Shown here one piece after another: positions 13,046 to 25,939 of a stretch of DNA of 64,000 nt (the stretch's first letter is position 1; the number at the start of each line of letters is the position of its first letter). The notes below the pieces were generated by a model. That model was not told where the DNA came from and did no database searches. It saw only the letters and a list, made by a program, of their open reading frames with translations. The translations under genes and the position numbers were made by a program. The stretch comes from Squalus acanthias (Eukaryota): positions 43,092,001 through 43,156,000 of the forward strand of contig CM059432.1 in assembly GCA_030390025.1 (NCBI GenBank), read 5' to 3'.

Positions 13046-14105
13046 TGTCAGCCTGGGCTTAGAGGTAGCCATCTTGCTCTGAGTCAGAAGTTTGTAGGTT
13101 TAAAACCCATTCCAGAGACTTGACCACATAATCAAGGCTGACACTTCAGTGCAGTACTGACAGGGTGCTGTACCATCAGAGATGCTAGAGCTGATTTTAA
13201 CACACTATATCCAGCGTAAATGGGACGGTAACGACCTGAAATGATGTTGGGCCACATACCGCCCTGTTTACGCTGACGCTCTGCCTGCTGCCATCTCGGG
13301 TAGGGTCCCGATATGGGCAGATGGAGCGCCTGCCTGCTTTATGTAGGAGCCCACTTGTAATATGCAAATCGGGGTCCTATGATTGCAATTTTAGGATACA
13401 AATAGGTGGAGCATGAGCTGCAGATACTCTGCTCATTTGTACCAGGTGGCGAATTGCTTAAGCAGTGATCCTTAAAGGGACTCACAAAATGGCCTAGGAA
13501 ATGTGCTCCTCCTGGGCCAACAAATAAACTCTGGGCTGTTGTCGGCCTGTCCAAGGTAACCCCCTACCCCATACTGTCAGCCAGCTCAGCAGGGGAGTTG
13601 GTAGATGTCCCGCTCTCCCAGAACCGGTGAGCAGTAGCGCATTGCCTGCTCAGCACCGCAGATTGCCTCCAGCATGTAAATAAATCCTGGGCTGTAAAAT
13701 AGTTTTAATCTCATGCCGGCCCGAACAGGAAGGCAGCGGGCATGCTCCCTCCACTGCCCGCCTGTTCCCCGCCTGTGATTGAAATCAGCCCTGCTGTCTT
13801 ATGGATGAAATATTAAACCAAGGCCCCCTCTGCCCTCTCGGGTCGACATAATATCGCATGACATTATTCAAAGCAAAGCAGTGGAGTTTTCCTGGTGTCC
13901 TGGCCAACACTTTTCCCTCAACATCACTACAATAGATTATCTGGTCCTAATCTCATTGTTGTTTGCGGGACCTTGCTGTGCGCACATTGGTTGCCGCTTT
14001 TCTCTACATTACAGCAGTAATTGCACTGCAAAAGCACTTCATTGGCTGTGAAGCGCTTTGAGACGTTTTGAGATTGTGAAAGGCGCTATATAAACGCAAG
14101 TTCTT
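13046..14105 (+). mobile_element. tRNA-derived Deu-domain SINE (SacSINE1/AmnSINE-like), split by a MITE
   Basis: tRNA-like head, central domain (ttaaaccaaggcccc...gtgtcctggccaa...attatctggtc) and tail tgaaaggcgctatataaa. Collinear with the copies at 19911 and 38395. Confidence 0.8.
13187..13792. mobile_element. Harbinger-type MITE inside SINE
   Basis: TIR AGAGCTGATTTTAA / TTGAAATCAGCCCT. 3-bp TSD GCT. Removing it restores the SINE. Confidence 0.7.
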
Positions 14106-14929
14106 TCAAGTTTCATTAAAATGTGCATTGTGGTACAGTGGAGTTTGTTCCATTTTGAACACTTCTATTTTTTGGTGAGGTTCACACCGGCTCCTATTTC
14201 AATGTACCCAGTGTTCAGTATTACCACCTGTTTGAACAGAATGTTTCATTTTCCCCCTGCTCTGTTTCCTAATTGGACATGTACTGGTTCCAGTTTGTGG
14301 ACTGATGTATGTAAATTATGTCACAATATCATTCATATGATTTTCTGTCATTTCATGCTGTTTCAATCATCTGTTCAGATAATGTGGGAATACAAGGTTG
14401 ATAGCCACTGAACTCCATGCGGAATCAGTTTAAGACACCAGTAGTAAGATTCTCACATTGTCGGGCCACTGCTGAAGCTTTTCTCTTGTTTATTTTCCTG
14501 ATTGCTACCAATGTTTTTTAAAAATCTTTGTGGCAGGCCCCATGGTGCTGCCTTCTTTCTATTCCTGCTGCTTTGGTGCCACAAAGGGTTTTCCATTTGG
14601 AATTCCCCTACATCTCTACTTTGTGGAGGAAGAGGATAAACAACAGGTGGATGCCAGACTGGTCAGGCTATACCACAGGTGCTCTGAACTTCCCTGTCAG
14701 TACTCCCACAGTAGAATATACAGGTAGAGATCCACAAACCTCCACTTGTTTGAGGAGCAGTGCCTATGGAGGTTTCCATTCATTAGGGAAGCCATGCCAA
14801 AGGCTGCAAGCGACTTGCAGACAAACTTGGCCACAGGCACATTACCTTACCTGTAGTTGTAAAAGTCACAACTGCACTGAACTTTTATGCATCGGCATTG
14901 TTTTAAGCTGTCATTGAGGTCATCAAAAG

Positions 14930-15076
14930 GCACAAAAGGTGTCAAGGGGTATGGGGAGAGAGCAGGAATATGGTATTGAGATAGAGGATCAGCCATGATC
15001 ATATTGAATGGCGGAGCAGGCTCGAAGGGCCGAATGGCCTACTCCTGCTCCTGTTTTTCTATGTTTCTATGTTTCT
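14930..15076 (+). mobile_element. CR1 3' tail fragment
   Basis: gatcagccatgatcatattgaatggcggagcaggctcgaagggccgaatggcctactcctgctcc plus (tttctatg)n. Confidence 0.8.
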
Positions 15077-15099
15077 ATCTCGTATATAGCTGTGCCAAT

Positions 15100-15298
15100 A
15101 TGTGTGACTACAGTATTAGAGGGCGGTGGACTTTTACAGAATGGCAGGCTTCTCAAAGTTACAGGAGGTTATAGATTTCGCCTACATAGCTCTATGTGTT
15201 CTCGTATTCAATGCCGCTACACGAATGCTCAGCTCATTTACAACTATCAACAACACGTTATGCAAGTAAATACTCGATTTCCAGGCAGCTGTCACGAT
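15100..15298 (+). pseudogene. Old Harbinger transposase fragment
   Basis: Translates as [26 protein letters not shown], homologous to NVQLVCD..YPGSCHD. Confidence 0.6.
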
Positions 15299-15471
15299 GC
15301 TGGAAAGACTCAGCAGGTCAGGCAGTTTCTGTGGAGGGAGAAACGGAGTTAACATTTCAGGTCGTTAACTCTGTTTCCCTCTCCACAGATGCTGCCTGAC
15401 CTGCTGAGTCTTTCCAGAATTTTCTGTTTTTATTTTGGATTTCCAACATCCGCAGTATTATGCTCTGTTTT
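15299..15471. mobile_element. Penelope-derived fold-back mini element
   Basis: ~55-bp inverted arms made of Penelope terminal sequence. 12-bp TSD AGCTGTCAC(G/A)AT (15287-15298, 15472-15483). Confidence 0.75.
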
Positions 15472-15483
15472 AGCTGTCACAAT

Positions 15484-17333
15484 AAAAAGAATGAAGCTGA
15501 CAACAGGTCGGGCAGCGACTCGAACCCACCAACTTCCGCTTTTAACTGCAGCGCTTTCGGCTGCGTGTGAGAAACCCCCATGGGAGAGGCGGGTTGGCAA
15601 TTGAAAGATGTTAAGAGGCAATTAGAAGCTATTAAGAGGCAGTTACTAGCTGCTTTAACTGCAGATTTGAGTTTTAACTCTGAGCGCACAGGTTTGACGG
15701 GCTTCCTGGAACTCGCCAGTGAAAGCAAGGCAAGATGACAGCGCGAATTGAGGGGGCTGACCAAATGACAGGCAAACAATCCTATAAGTACTCAGACCTC
15801 ACACCTGTTTCCTTGCCTAAGTGAAAGGCTTTTGGAGAGTGTGCTTTCACTACCACGCAACTGATTTCCAGCACTTTGGAGGTCATTTCTCCTACCTTGG
15901 ATTTTTGTGAGTTTGATCTGCCCGTTCCATCTGTCAAGCATCAGTTCAGCATAGGTGCTGCTTATGCAGCTTTACCTTGGACCTCAGCTGAGGACCAATA
16001 TGAGCATCAACAGCAACAGCACCAGCAGCAGGAGCAGCATCAGCAGGAGCAGCAGCCTTCTCCTCACTAACCTGCCGCTCCCCCAGAGAGAGGGGATGAG
16101 CATAGGGATGCAGCTCGCAGGAGGTCATACCCACAACACAAGGTATTTAGGCAGAGGATCAGCTTCCTGGACATGTCGGAGCACCAGTGCCTCAGGAGAC
16201 TCAGGGTATCGCATCAGGTCGTGGCAGACATTTGTAGCCTCCTGGAAGAAGACCTCCTGCCAAGTGGACCTGGTGGGCACGCTTTACCAGTCAAAGTCAC
16301 CACCGCCCTCAATTTCTTCGCCTCTGGCTACTTCCAGGGATCTTCAGGAGATATCTGCAGAATCTCGCAATCTGCTGCCCACAAATGCATCACTCAGGTG
16401 ACAAATGCCATGTTTGCCAGGGCCGGCAATTATGTGCACTTTGCAACCGATGAGGCCAGTCAGAATGTGCAGGCGCTTGGCTTTGTGGCTCTGGCTGGCT
16501 TCCCACAGGTCATGGAGTCATCCATTGCACACATGTGGCAATCAAGGTACCCCCAGAACACCCTGGAGTCTTCATCAACTGCAAGGGCTTCCACTCCATC
16601 AATGTTCAGCTAGTATGTAACCACAAAAAGATCATCATGCAGCTGTGTGCAAGATTCCCAGGCAGTTGCCATGATGCTTTCATCCTGAGCCAGTCCACCC
16701 TCCCAGAGCTCTTCGGACCTTGAAGCAGAGTTAGCGGCTGGCTCCTTGGAGACAAGGGCTACCCCCTGAAGACATGGCTGATGACACCTGTTAGGAGCCA
16801 AAAAAATGAGGCCTAGGAGAGATACAATCAAAGCCACATGACCACGAGAACTGTCATTGAGCAAGCAATCGGAATGCTGAAGATGCGCTTTAGCTGCCTG
16901 GACAGATAGGAATGGGTGTACCTCCAAGGTAAGTATGTATGAGGAGTGATGTGCTGGAGTCGGCTTGGGAAGAGAATCTCCCTGCGGGCCCTTACAGAAT
17001 GCAGCATCAGCACGAGGGAGGCATCATTTAAGTAAGGTGCAGCCTTGCCATGTTGGGACTCCATTAATGCAGTTTCTTCCTCTGTTCCCCTACCTGGACA
17101 ATCCATCAACTTTCATCTTCGCAGGGTCCCTTTTAATATTTCAGCTGAAATAGACACATGCGTGGTGTCATCACACCCACTTGTGTTAATTGGTCGGGAA
17201 ATCCGGAAGTCAGATGCTAATGCTGTGGCTTTGTTAAAAAGCCACTTACAAACGCGCTGCTGAAACTTCCGGGTTCCCTCTGCGCTACAGAGATCCCCCG
17301 CTGCCAGCTCGTCAGACAGTTAAAATTCCGGCC
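15484..17333. mobile_element. Internally deleted Harbinger (transposase pseudogene + strand ~15951-16910; Myb exon-1 stub - strand ~16935-17051)
   Basis: [58 protein letters not shown] with stops and frameshifts. Myb start MESQHGKAAPYLNDASL..RREILFP. TIR-like end TTAAAATTCCGGCC. Left end not identified. Confidence 0.8.
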
Positions 17334-17468
17334 TGGCTATCCACGGTCTTCCTAAGGTTTGACCAGTAAAGCACATCCCGCAGGATCAAGGTTGTTATCT
17401 GCAGCCAAGCCTCAAGTGGTATAACTGAACACAGATATTACATGGTGCAAATCTCCATAAGATATACT

Positions 17469-18930
17469 GGGCCAGATTTTGCATCTCAGAGCATTCGCTG
17501 TTAGTTAGACTTTTTCACCACGCCCTTCAGCTTAAACATTTTTGCCCCGCAGCTTGCTGGGAGTGCGAGCTGATAACGGCGTGTTAAGGACAACGGGGCA
17601 TCTGGGACCTTAGTGAACAGCAGAACCAGCAGTGCATCTCCTTAACCAATGAGATTTAAGGATTGAGAAAGAAACAGGGGAACGACGGAGAATGAGGCTG
17701 AATTAGAGTCAAATCTGATACAGAAAGATAAATAAAGAGAGGGAAAGAAAGATTGAAATAAGGTAGAGAGAAAAAGAGAAAGGAAGGAAAAGCAAAAAAA
17801 ATGTTTTAATTTAAAATTTGACATTGTTAAAATCTCAAGCAACAATTTACTACATGCAGCAATGAGGTTGAACAGTTTAAATTGTTCCCATTCTGGGCCA
17901 GAGAGGTTGATTGACATTGCATTAATAATTATCACGTCATTAAAAAGGTACTAACGCTGTTAAGTCCCAGCCCTAACTCTCTGGGGTGTGTTTAATGGGC
18001 AATTATTGTGCAAATCCACCAGGCTTTTAAAAATAACTTACATAGATACATAGATACATAGAACAGTACAGCACAGTACAGGCCCTTCGGCCCTCGATGT
18101 TGTGCCGAGCATTGTCCGAGACCAAGATCAAGCTATCACACTCCCTATCACTCTGGTGTGCTCCATGTGCTTATCCAATAACCGCTTGAAAGTTCCTAAA
18201 GTGTCCGACTCCACTATCACAGCAGGCAGTCCATTCCACACCCCAACCACTCTCTGAGTAAAGAATCTACCTCGGACATCCCTTCTATATCTCCCCCCAT
18301 GCACCTTATAGTTATGCCCCCTTGTAACAGCTGCCTCTACCCGAGGAAATAGTCTCTGAACATCCACTCTATCTATCCCCCTCATCATCTTATAAACCTC
18401 TATTAAGTCGCCTCTCATCCTCCTCCGCTCTAAAGAGAAAAGCCCCAACTCCCTCAATCTTTCCTCATAAGACCTCCCCCCCAAACCAGGCAGCATCCTG
18501 GTAAATCTCCTTTGCACTCTTTCCAATGCTTCCACGTCCTTCCTATAGTGAGGTGACCAGAACTGCACACAATATTCCAAATGTGGTCTCACCAAGGTCC
18601 TGTACAGTTGCAGCATAACCTCATGGTTCTTAAACTCAAACCCTCTGTTAATAAACGCCAACACACCATAGGCCTTCTTTACTGCTCTATCCACTTGAGT
18701 GGCAACCTTCAGAGATCTGTGGATATGAACCCCCAGATCCCTCTGCTCCTCCACGTTCCTCAGAACCCTGCCGTTGACCCTGTAATCCTTATTCAAATTT
18801 GCCCTACCAAAATGAACTTCAAGGCTAAGAGTGAGATACTGTTTGAGTAAAGCAAGCAGTGGAGTGGCATAACTCAAACTTGCTGGCCGATTTGCACATT
18901 AATAATGGCATGTGTCGTTAACATGCCTGG
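17469..18930 (+). mobile_element. Non-autonomous Harbinger-type element (same family as 54711-59758), split by a CR1
   Basis: Starts GGGCCAGATTTTGC. Shares gggcatctgggacct, ttaaccaatgagatt and gatttgcacat.aataatgg with the 59075-59758 segment. Confidence 0.6.
18040..18816 (-). mobile_element. CR1 LINE, 5'-truncated 3' end
   Basis: ORF 18128-18877: QRDLGV..LVRPHLEYCVQFWSP..LERVQRRFTRM..TRGH..FFTQRVV. (catagata)n tail. Confidence 0.92.
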
Positions 18931-19115
18931 ATGGATCGTGGGGGCACCTTAGCGAGAGTTTCAAGGATTGTTGTTGGCTGCTGCATGCTGTACAATATTG
19001 CTCTGCAAAGAGGTATTGTCACGGAGGCTGTGGAGAAGGAAAGCCCCTTGCTGTAGCAAAGGGACTACCAAAAGGAGCCGGAGCAGCATGAAGTGGCAGT
19101 GGAAGAAAACACTTT

Positions 19116-19880
19116 GGCCCTGAAATTCGCCTCACCGGCTTGCCGCGGGGGTAAGGATCGCGCGTGCACTTGCCTACCGCGCCTGCCGTTGACCTCTGGG
19201 CCCACGGAAACTTCAGCTCCTGGGCCTGCTCCAAGTGCCGGCGCGCAGTGCTTGCGTGTCCCAGGGGCGTAGTTAGTGCGATGCGTCCCCTGGGATCACG
19301 TGGGCCATGGAGAGCCAATGGCAGCAGACCATCTTTCATTCATAGATTTGACAGGAAGACCTGTCAAATCTATGAATTGAAATCGGCCCCAAAAGAACAG
19401 CTAAACTTTAAATAAATTTTTTAAAAACCATCACATTTATAAAATAACTATAAGTTAATTAAATTAACTACTTTAAACAAAAATTTAAATTTCTGAAAAA
19501 GTTAAAATACTTTTTAACAGTGCTAAAAATAAACTTACCTTTCTTTAAAGTATCTAAAAAAGATAAACCTGTTGAAAATTTTTTAAATTATAATTAATTA
19601 ACCACTTACCTTGTTGAAAACGGGTCCTGTGCCTCCTTTTTAAAAGCGCAGGTTCTTCAATACTTACCCTCCCATAGAAACCTGAAAAAAAAACCTAAGT
19701 TTGCTGCATGCGCGCAGCCTCTACCGCGCACGCGGTTCACCTATGAACCGCTCCCTTCACCAGACCGGAAGTTCTGGTTTCCCGCGCATGCGCAGTGTAT
19801 GCAGGAAACCGGCACTTCAGGACGCCTTACGGGTGAGTACACAGTGCGTACTCACCCGGCAAGTGCCGAATTTTTGGCCC
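19116..19880. mobile_element. Harbinger-type MITE family X, copy A
   Basis: Ends GGCCCTGAAATTCG / CGAATTTTTGGCCC. Collinear with 33796-34539 and 52271-53035. TSD imperfect (TTT/TAT). Confidence 0.85.
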
Positions 19881-19910
19881 TATGATGTTCTGAGACAACT
19901 TCCTGCATCA

Positions 19911-20650
19911 GTGTCAGCTGTGGCTCAGTGGGTAGCACACTTGTCACTGCGTCAAAAGATTGTGGGTTCAAGTCCCACTGCAGTCCAAAAATGTGCGGGT
20001 TAGGTTGATTTGGCTATGATAAATTGACCCTTAGTGTTAGGGGGGTATTAAATATGTGGGGTTATGGGGATAGGATGGGATATGTTAGGGGGAATTAAAT
20101 ACGTGGGGTTACGGGGGTAGGGTGGGATATGTGTACTGTGGGGATTAAAGCAGGGACAGGGTACTGGATTTGGATGATCAGCCATGATCGTATTGAATGG
20201 TGGAGCAGGCTCGATGGGCCGAATGGCCTACTCCTGCTCCTAGATTCTATGTTTCTATGCAGGGACTTGAGCACATAAAACTAGGCTGACACTCCAGTGC
20301 AGTGCTGAGGGAGTGCTGCATTGTTGGAGGTGCCGTCTTTTGGATGAGATGTTAAACCAAGGCCCCGTCTGCTCTCTCAGGTGGACATAAAAGAACCCAT
20401 GGCACTATTTCAAAGAAGAGTAGGGGAGTTATCCCCGGCGTCCTGGCCAATATTTATCCCTCAACCAACATAACAAAAACAGATTATCTGGTCATTATGA
20501 CATTGCTGATTATGGGACCTTGCTGTGCGCAAATTGGCTGCCGTGTTTCCCATATTTCAACAGTGACTCCACTTCAAATGTACATCATTGGCTGTAAAGC
20601 GCTTTGAGACATCCGGTGGTCGTGAAAGGCGCTAAATAAATGCAAGTCTT
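19911..20650 (+). mobile_element. Deu-domain tRNA SINE (SacSINE1-like), split by a V-SINE
   Basis: A box tggctcagtggg and B box ggttcaagtcc. Body collinear with 38395-38856. Confidence 0.85.
19984..20257 (+). mobile_element. 5'-truncated V-SINE (HE1-like) with CR1-derived tail
   Basis: V-domain-like tccaaaaatgtgcgggttaggttgatttggctatgataaattgacccttagtgt, CR1 3' tail, TSD TGCAG. Confidence 0.7.
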
Positions 20651-20693
20651 TTTTTCTTTATCTATCTTACTACAACAACAGCTTAGATTTAGT

Positions 20694-21595
20694 GGGGGGG
20701 AAAGTTTGGTTGCTTTGCACCTCCCGTTAGTGCCCTAAGAGGGCGTTAATGGGTCGCAAAGCAACTAGCACCCGGGCACGGTGATGTTTGCGCCGCTCGC
20801 GAAATTGACCAGACATTTTGCGGCGGCGCTAAACACTACTGCCACGATCTCCTGCGCCCGCAGATCGTGATGTCAGTCAAGCGTGCAACGCCCCGGTAGC
20901 GCCCCTGGACCAGATATTGAGTGGCGCCCCCTGCCTTACTGCCTGCCGCTAGCAACGACAGGTTGAGGGGAACGTTTAGCAGTCGGGAAGGGACTGGGGG
21001 AGCGCTATTTAAAGGCGACCACTTCCTGACTTTTTTTGTCGACGACATTTTTGCACCACGCATTCTGAGAGAGAGAGAGAGAGAGAGAGACTTCTGGAGA
21101 GATTCAACACTGTGTGAAGGAGTTTTGGGTACTGAGCTGCACTTTGCAGGTTCATTTTGATTTGTCCTTCCTTGCATCGATTTAGAAGAGACTTGGTGGG
21201 GCTGAACTCTGAGCTCTTTCCCTGGGCCTCTCCATTGTTCTTTCCAGCAGAATTGATGTACAGGTCTCTCCAGGCCGAGATTCAAGGCTGCAATGAGCAG
21301 GGTGTAGATGGAGAGCAAGATCGACCCTCCCCTTTAAGAACTGGCCGGTGCCAGTGTGTCTGTGTTCCATTGCTGACTGACATCACATGAGCTTCGCCAG
21401 CGCTCTGAGTTAGCATCTCGCTCCTCGGCGTTAGCACCTTAAGAGAGGTGTGTAGCGCCTGATTTAGTGCTCCAATCACCTCCAGGGGCAATAGAAGCCA
21501 AGTTTGCAGTCGGAGGCGATAATTAGCACCAGGCGCTAAACTTTGCGCCCGGCCGATAATTGCACCCCAAATGGGCGATACCGAATATCTCCCCC
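20694..21595. mobile_element. GC-rich Harbinger-type MITE
   Basis: G-run/C-run termini with TSD AGT (20691-20693, 21596-21598). Subterminal sequence is the reverse complement of the right end of 47608-48382. Confidence 0.75.
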
Positions 21596-22099
21596 AGTGT
21601 CTTTAATGCAGAAAATGCCCCAGTGTACTTCACAGAGGGGCATTGGGAATGGATGCCTTCAGGAACAGAGAGATTAGTAGATAAAGTGGATAGCTTGGCT
21701 GAAGGGATTTTTAAAGGTAGAGAGATGAACAGATCGAGGGAAAGAGTTCCAGAGAGCAGACCACTGAGACTGAAGGTTCTACCATCAAATGGTGGGATGA
21801 AGCAGTGGGAGCAATGAATAGAAGGCCAGAGAAGATCTTCTCTTGACTTGCATGTATGCTCACTGCATTAACAGACATATCCAGATCTTCCCATGTACTT
21901 CATCCTTGTGCCTGCACCTACTGTGCCTTTCCTTTTTCAATGCAACTCACAAATCTGCCACCTGATGAAACCCATTTCCAAACATTTGCAAGAACACTCT
22001 CAGAACAAGCAACCACTTTAGTGCAATTATTTTTTTTTGTATGTGTGACTATTGTTTTCTACTACAGTACTTCCCCATGGTGACATATACAAAGTATTT

Positions 22100-22912
22100 A
22101 CAGCATAGAAATGGGTCATTCAGCCCAACAGGTCCATGCAGGTCCAACAGGTGTTTATGCTCCATACAAGCCTCCTTCCATCCTTCTTCATCTAACCCCA
22201 TCAACATATCCTTCTATTCTTTTCTCCCCTGTGTGCTTATCTAGCTTCCCCTTCAATGCATCTATACTATTTGCCTCAACTATTCCTTGTGGTAGCAAGT
22301 TCACATTCTAACCACTCTCCGGGTAAAGAAGTTTCTCCTGAATTCCCTATTGGATTTATTAGTGACTATCTTATATTTATGGCCCCTAGTTCTGGTCTCG
22401 CTCGCAAGTGGAACCATCTTCTCTATGTCTACCCTATCAAACCCTTTTATAATCTCAAAGACCTCTATTAGGTCACTCTTCAGTCGTATCTTTTCTACAG
22501 AAAAGAGCCCCAACGTGTGCAACCTTTCCTATAACCTCTCAGTTCTGGTATCATTCTAGTAAATCATTTTTGCACCTTCTCCAGTGCCTCTATGTCCCTT
22601 TTATAACATGGAGACCAGCACTGTTCACAGTACTCTAAGTGTGGACTAACCAAAGTTCAATACAAGTTTAGCATAACTTCTCTGCTTTTCAATTCGATCC
22701 CTCTAGAAATGAACTTCAGTGCTTTGTTTGTTTTTTATGGCCTTATTAACCTGCGTCACTACTTTTAATGATTTGTGTATCTGTACCCCCAGATCCCTCT
22801 GTTTCTCTACTCCATTTGGACACTTACTTTACAAGGAGTATGTGGCCTCCTTATTCTTCCTACCAAAATGTACTACCTCACACTTTTCTATATTGAAGTT
22901 CATTTGCCAATA
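22100..22912 (-). mobile_element. CR1 3' fragment
   Basis: LGLFSVEKIRLKSDLIEVFEII..TRTRGHKYK..RRNFFTRRVV. Confidence 0.85.
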
Positions 22913-25002
22913 TGTGAAGTATGTCCTCTTAACACTAACCTGGTGCTTTGTCTAGGTGCTACCTCAGTGGCAAGGGTGCATGAAGTAGCTGGCAGCTGTG
23001 TGTCAATAGAAGCATCCTGGGATTAAGATGGTCCTCATGTAATAGCAGCTGAATTCTGAGATGGACCTGCTGCAGGCTGCAGCATCTGCTCTATTGCATG
23101 AGCTGCCTGGACCTGCATGCTTCCTATAAACTTTACAATCATTGGTTGGTAGGGGTAGTGGGAATGTTGCCTTCCTGAGAGACAGCATTATCATTCATTC
23201 CCATTCCCGCCATGCCCTTGCTACTGCAACCTGCCTCACCATACCTACTGTTCTGTATCACAGCAAACCTAATAGCAACAATGATATCTGAATTCCAGAA
23301 TCAGGGTTCTCCATCACAGATTCCCAAGCCTATTGAAAGTGGAAAAGGTAGCCTGCTCCATTTTGAAACCTTAGATCTCAATGATGGCATCTGTGGAAAA
23401 ACCCAGACTGCCTTTAGGGTTTTTGGCATGGAGGCTCCACTGTAGTTATCCCTGGAGTTGCCACATGCCATGTGAACTACAGTCTTGCAAAGCTATCCTG
23501 CATGGTACTGTAGCCAGTGGACTCCACCTGAGCCACCATCTGCAGCACACTGTTTGGCACGGCCCACAATGCCCACACCAAGGCTTGATACTCAGAAAGC
23601 ATTTGTCTTTTAAAAACAGAGTCTGTGAGATTCAGATCCCCATGATTATTAGCCAAGGCAAGCTGTCTCTCTGAATGGCAAGTTCCTCCTCCTCCTATGC
23701 CACCACCAGCTGCTCTTGCTCACTCATGTGTGTCTGAGTCGGTGCACTCTATTTTAGCTCGCTCTCTAAATCCCATCAGCATGATGTATCCGAGCTAGTG
23801 CTTGGGAGGAACAGAGTGAATGATGCTGTGTGCTGTGAAATACTGGCATGGCCAGATGTGTTGGGGACTGGCTCATCGCCATCTGGCACATCTAGAGGGG
23901 GATGAAGAAGACAGGTTACAATGGTGTCCTGGTGAGCAGTCTTCGCATACTTCACAACCTTCTTTCAGAAGAAAGTGTGATATGTTAAAGGGCTTCAATA
24001 TAGGCTTTCCTGGCAGTTATTGAATAAAAAAATAGGAAGAGTAGCAAAAGTTGGTCCCAAATTTTGAGCTGGTGGCTCGTCTCCTACTGCCCATCTCTGG
24101 TGCTTTCTATGGCCTCTCTTCCAAGGAATTAGAAGGTTTGTTCCTCATACTGAGTAAAAGGTCTAAAGTTTGGAAGTGCATCACTTATCATTGATATCTC
24201 CCACCTGTTATGGGCTGTCTTCTCATGTAAGAAGAGTGCAAGAAATGAGAGGTTGAAATTAAGATGGCCTGCAGTAATATTCACCATGCACCCATAGTAG
24301 ATGTATTGACTTGTAGATTAGATGGAAGGATTCTTTTGGGCTCAATGCATGTAAGTACGTGAGTGAAGGAACATTTACAGCTGAAATTAGGGGTGTAAAG
24401 AACACCGCACCATCTCGTGGGCATTCATAGTAAGGGTTTGTAAGCAATTTGCGACTGTGAGAGGGGAGGTCATTGTAAATGTCATACACATGTTAGACCT
24501 TTTCCCTGCACTCATTCAATGCCCTCCCATCATCCCCATGCTGCTGTTCTTGGGAGCCTCCTACCAACTACCGAAGAGCAACTGCCTCCTCTATGTCACT
24601 TCTTCCATAATTTATTTTCTTTCTACCTCGTCTGAAAAACAGCTGATCCGTGGCTTTGACTGCCCGGAACAAAAGCTGGCTGGCTTTCCCAGTTTGAAAG
24701 TTCTGGATACCTGGCTCTTTAAGCTGCTAATTGCCTTTAATTCCTGCAGCAGCATGACATTTCCCAGCCCTTCAATGGTTGAACCCCCAATCAGAGGCAT
24801 TTTTCATCCCAGAAACTTGCCTGCCGTATAATAATTAGGTTGACCCTGGAAATTAGGATGAGGTCAGCACACTATAAGTCAAGTGGTGCATCATTGACCA
24901 ATCAGAAAATCTAGCCTCACTATTCTCTACTCTACCTCCAAGTATTAAAATAAAACACAATCAGTATTTTGCTCAATACGAATATTATTTACATTCAGAA
25001 AT

Positions 25003-25690
25003 CTTTGAAGGTGGTCGGATAAGTTGATAAGACTGTTAAAAAGCATACGGGGTCCTTGGCTTTATAAATAGAGATGTACAGAGTACAAAAGCAAGGCAGT
25101 TATGCTGAACCTTTATAGATCACTGTTTAGGCCTCAGCTGGAGTATTGTGTACAATTCTGGGCACCACACTTTAGGAAGGGATTTCAAAGCCTTGGAAAG
25201 GGTGTAGAGGAGATTTTCTTGAAAGGTTCCAGGGATGAGGGACTTCAGTTATGTGGAGAGACTAGAGAAGCTGGGATTGTTCTCCTTCGAGCAGAGAAGT
25301 TAAGGTGGGATTTAATAGAGGCAGTCAAAATAATGAAGGGTTTTGATAGAGTAAATAAGAAGAAACTGTTTCCACTAGCAGAAGGATCAGTAACCAGAGG
25401 ACACAGATTTAAGGTAATTGGCAAAAGAACCAGAGGTGAGAAGAGGAGACATTTCTTTACATAGTGAGCCATTATGATCTGGGAAGGACTGCCTGAAGGG
25501 TGGTGGAAGCAGATTCAATAGTAATTTTCAAAAGGGAATTGGGTAAATATTTGAGTGGAAAAGCCTGTATGGCTATGGGGAAAGAGCAGGAGAGTGGGAC
25601 TAATTGGATAGCTCTTTCAAAGAGCTGACTCAGGCACAATGGGCCAAATGATCTCCTTCTGTGCTGTATCATTCTATGATTCTATGATTA
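25003..25690 (+). mobile_element. CR1 3' fragment
   Basis: LYRSLFRPQLEYCVQFWAP..TRGHRFK, with (attctatg)n tail. Confidence 0.85.
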
Positions 25691-25939
25691 TAAATTCACT
25701 GCAGTCTCCCTGATGAAAATGGTTCAGAAAAAGCAATTGTAATTCAGTTCAATTAAGAACGCTTATGCAAACAATAAATATATTTCAGGCCCAGATTTTT
25801 AAGAAGAGAAGCAATTCCGATAATCAAATATCAATGTAAGATTTTGAAAATTTAACTTGAATATATCCCATGTGCATCATTAATGCTAGAATGAGCTCAT
25901 CAGTACAAACACATACTCACACAACAATTATCAAAGATA

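Noticed and set aside
19660..19672. U1 snRNA gene (ATACTTACC)
   Set aside because: Only the first ~9 nt match and no U1 body follows. Better read as a minus-strand donor motif.
22930..24916. Very old Harbinger remnant (also 38875-39540, 53670-54170)
   Set aside because: Only patchy similarity. Boundaries and frames cannot be supported well enough to annotate.
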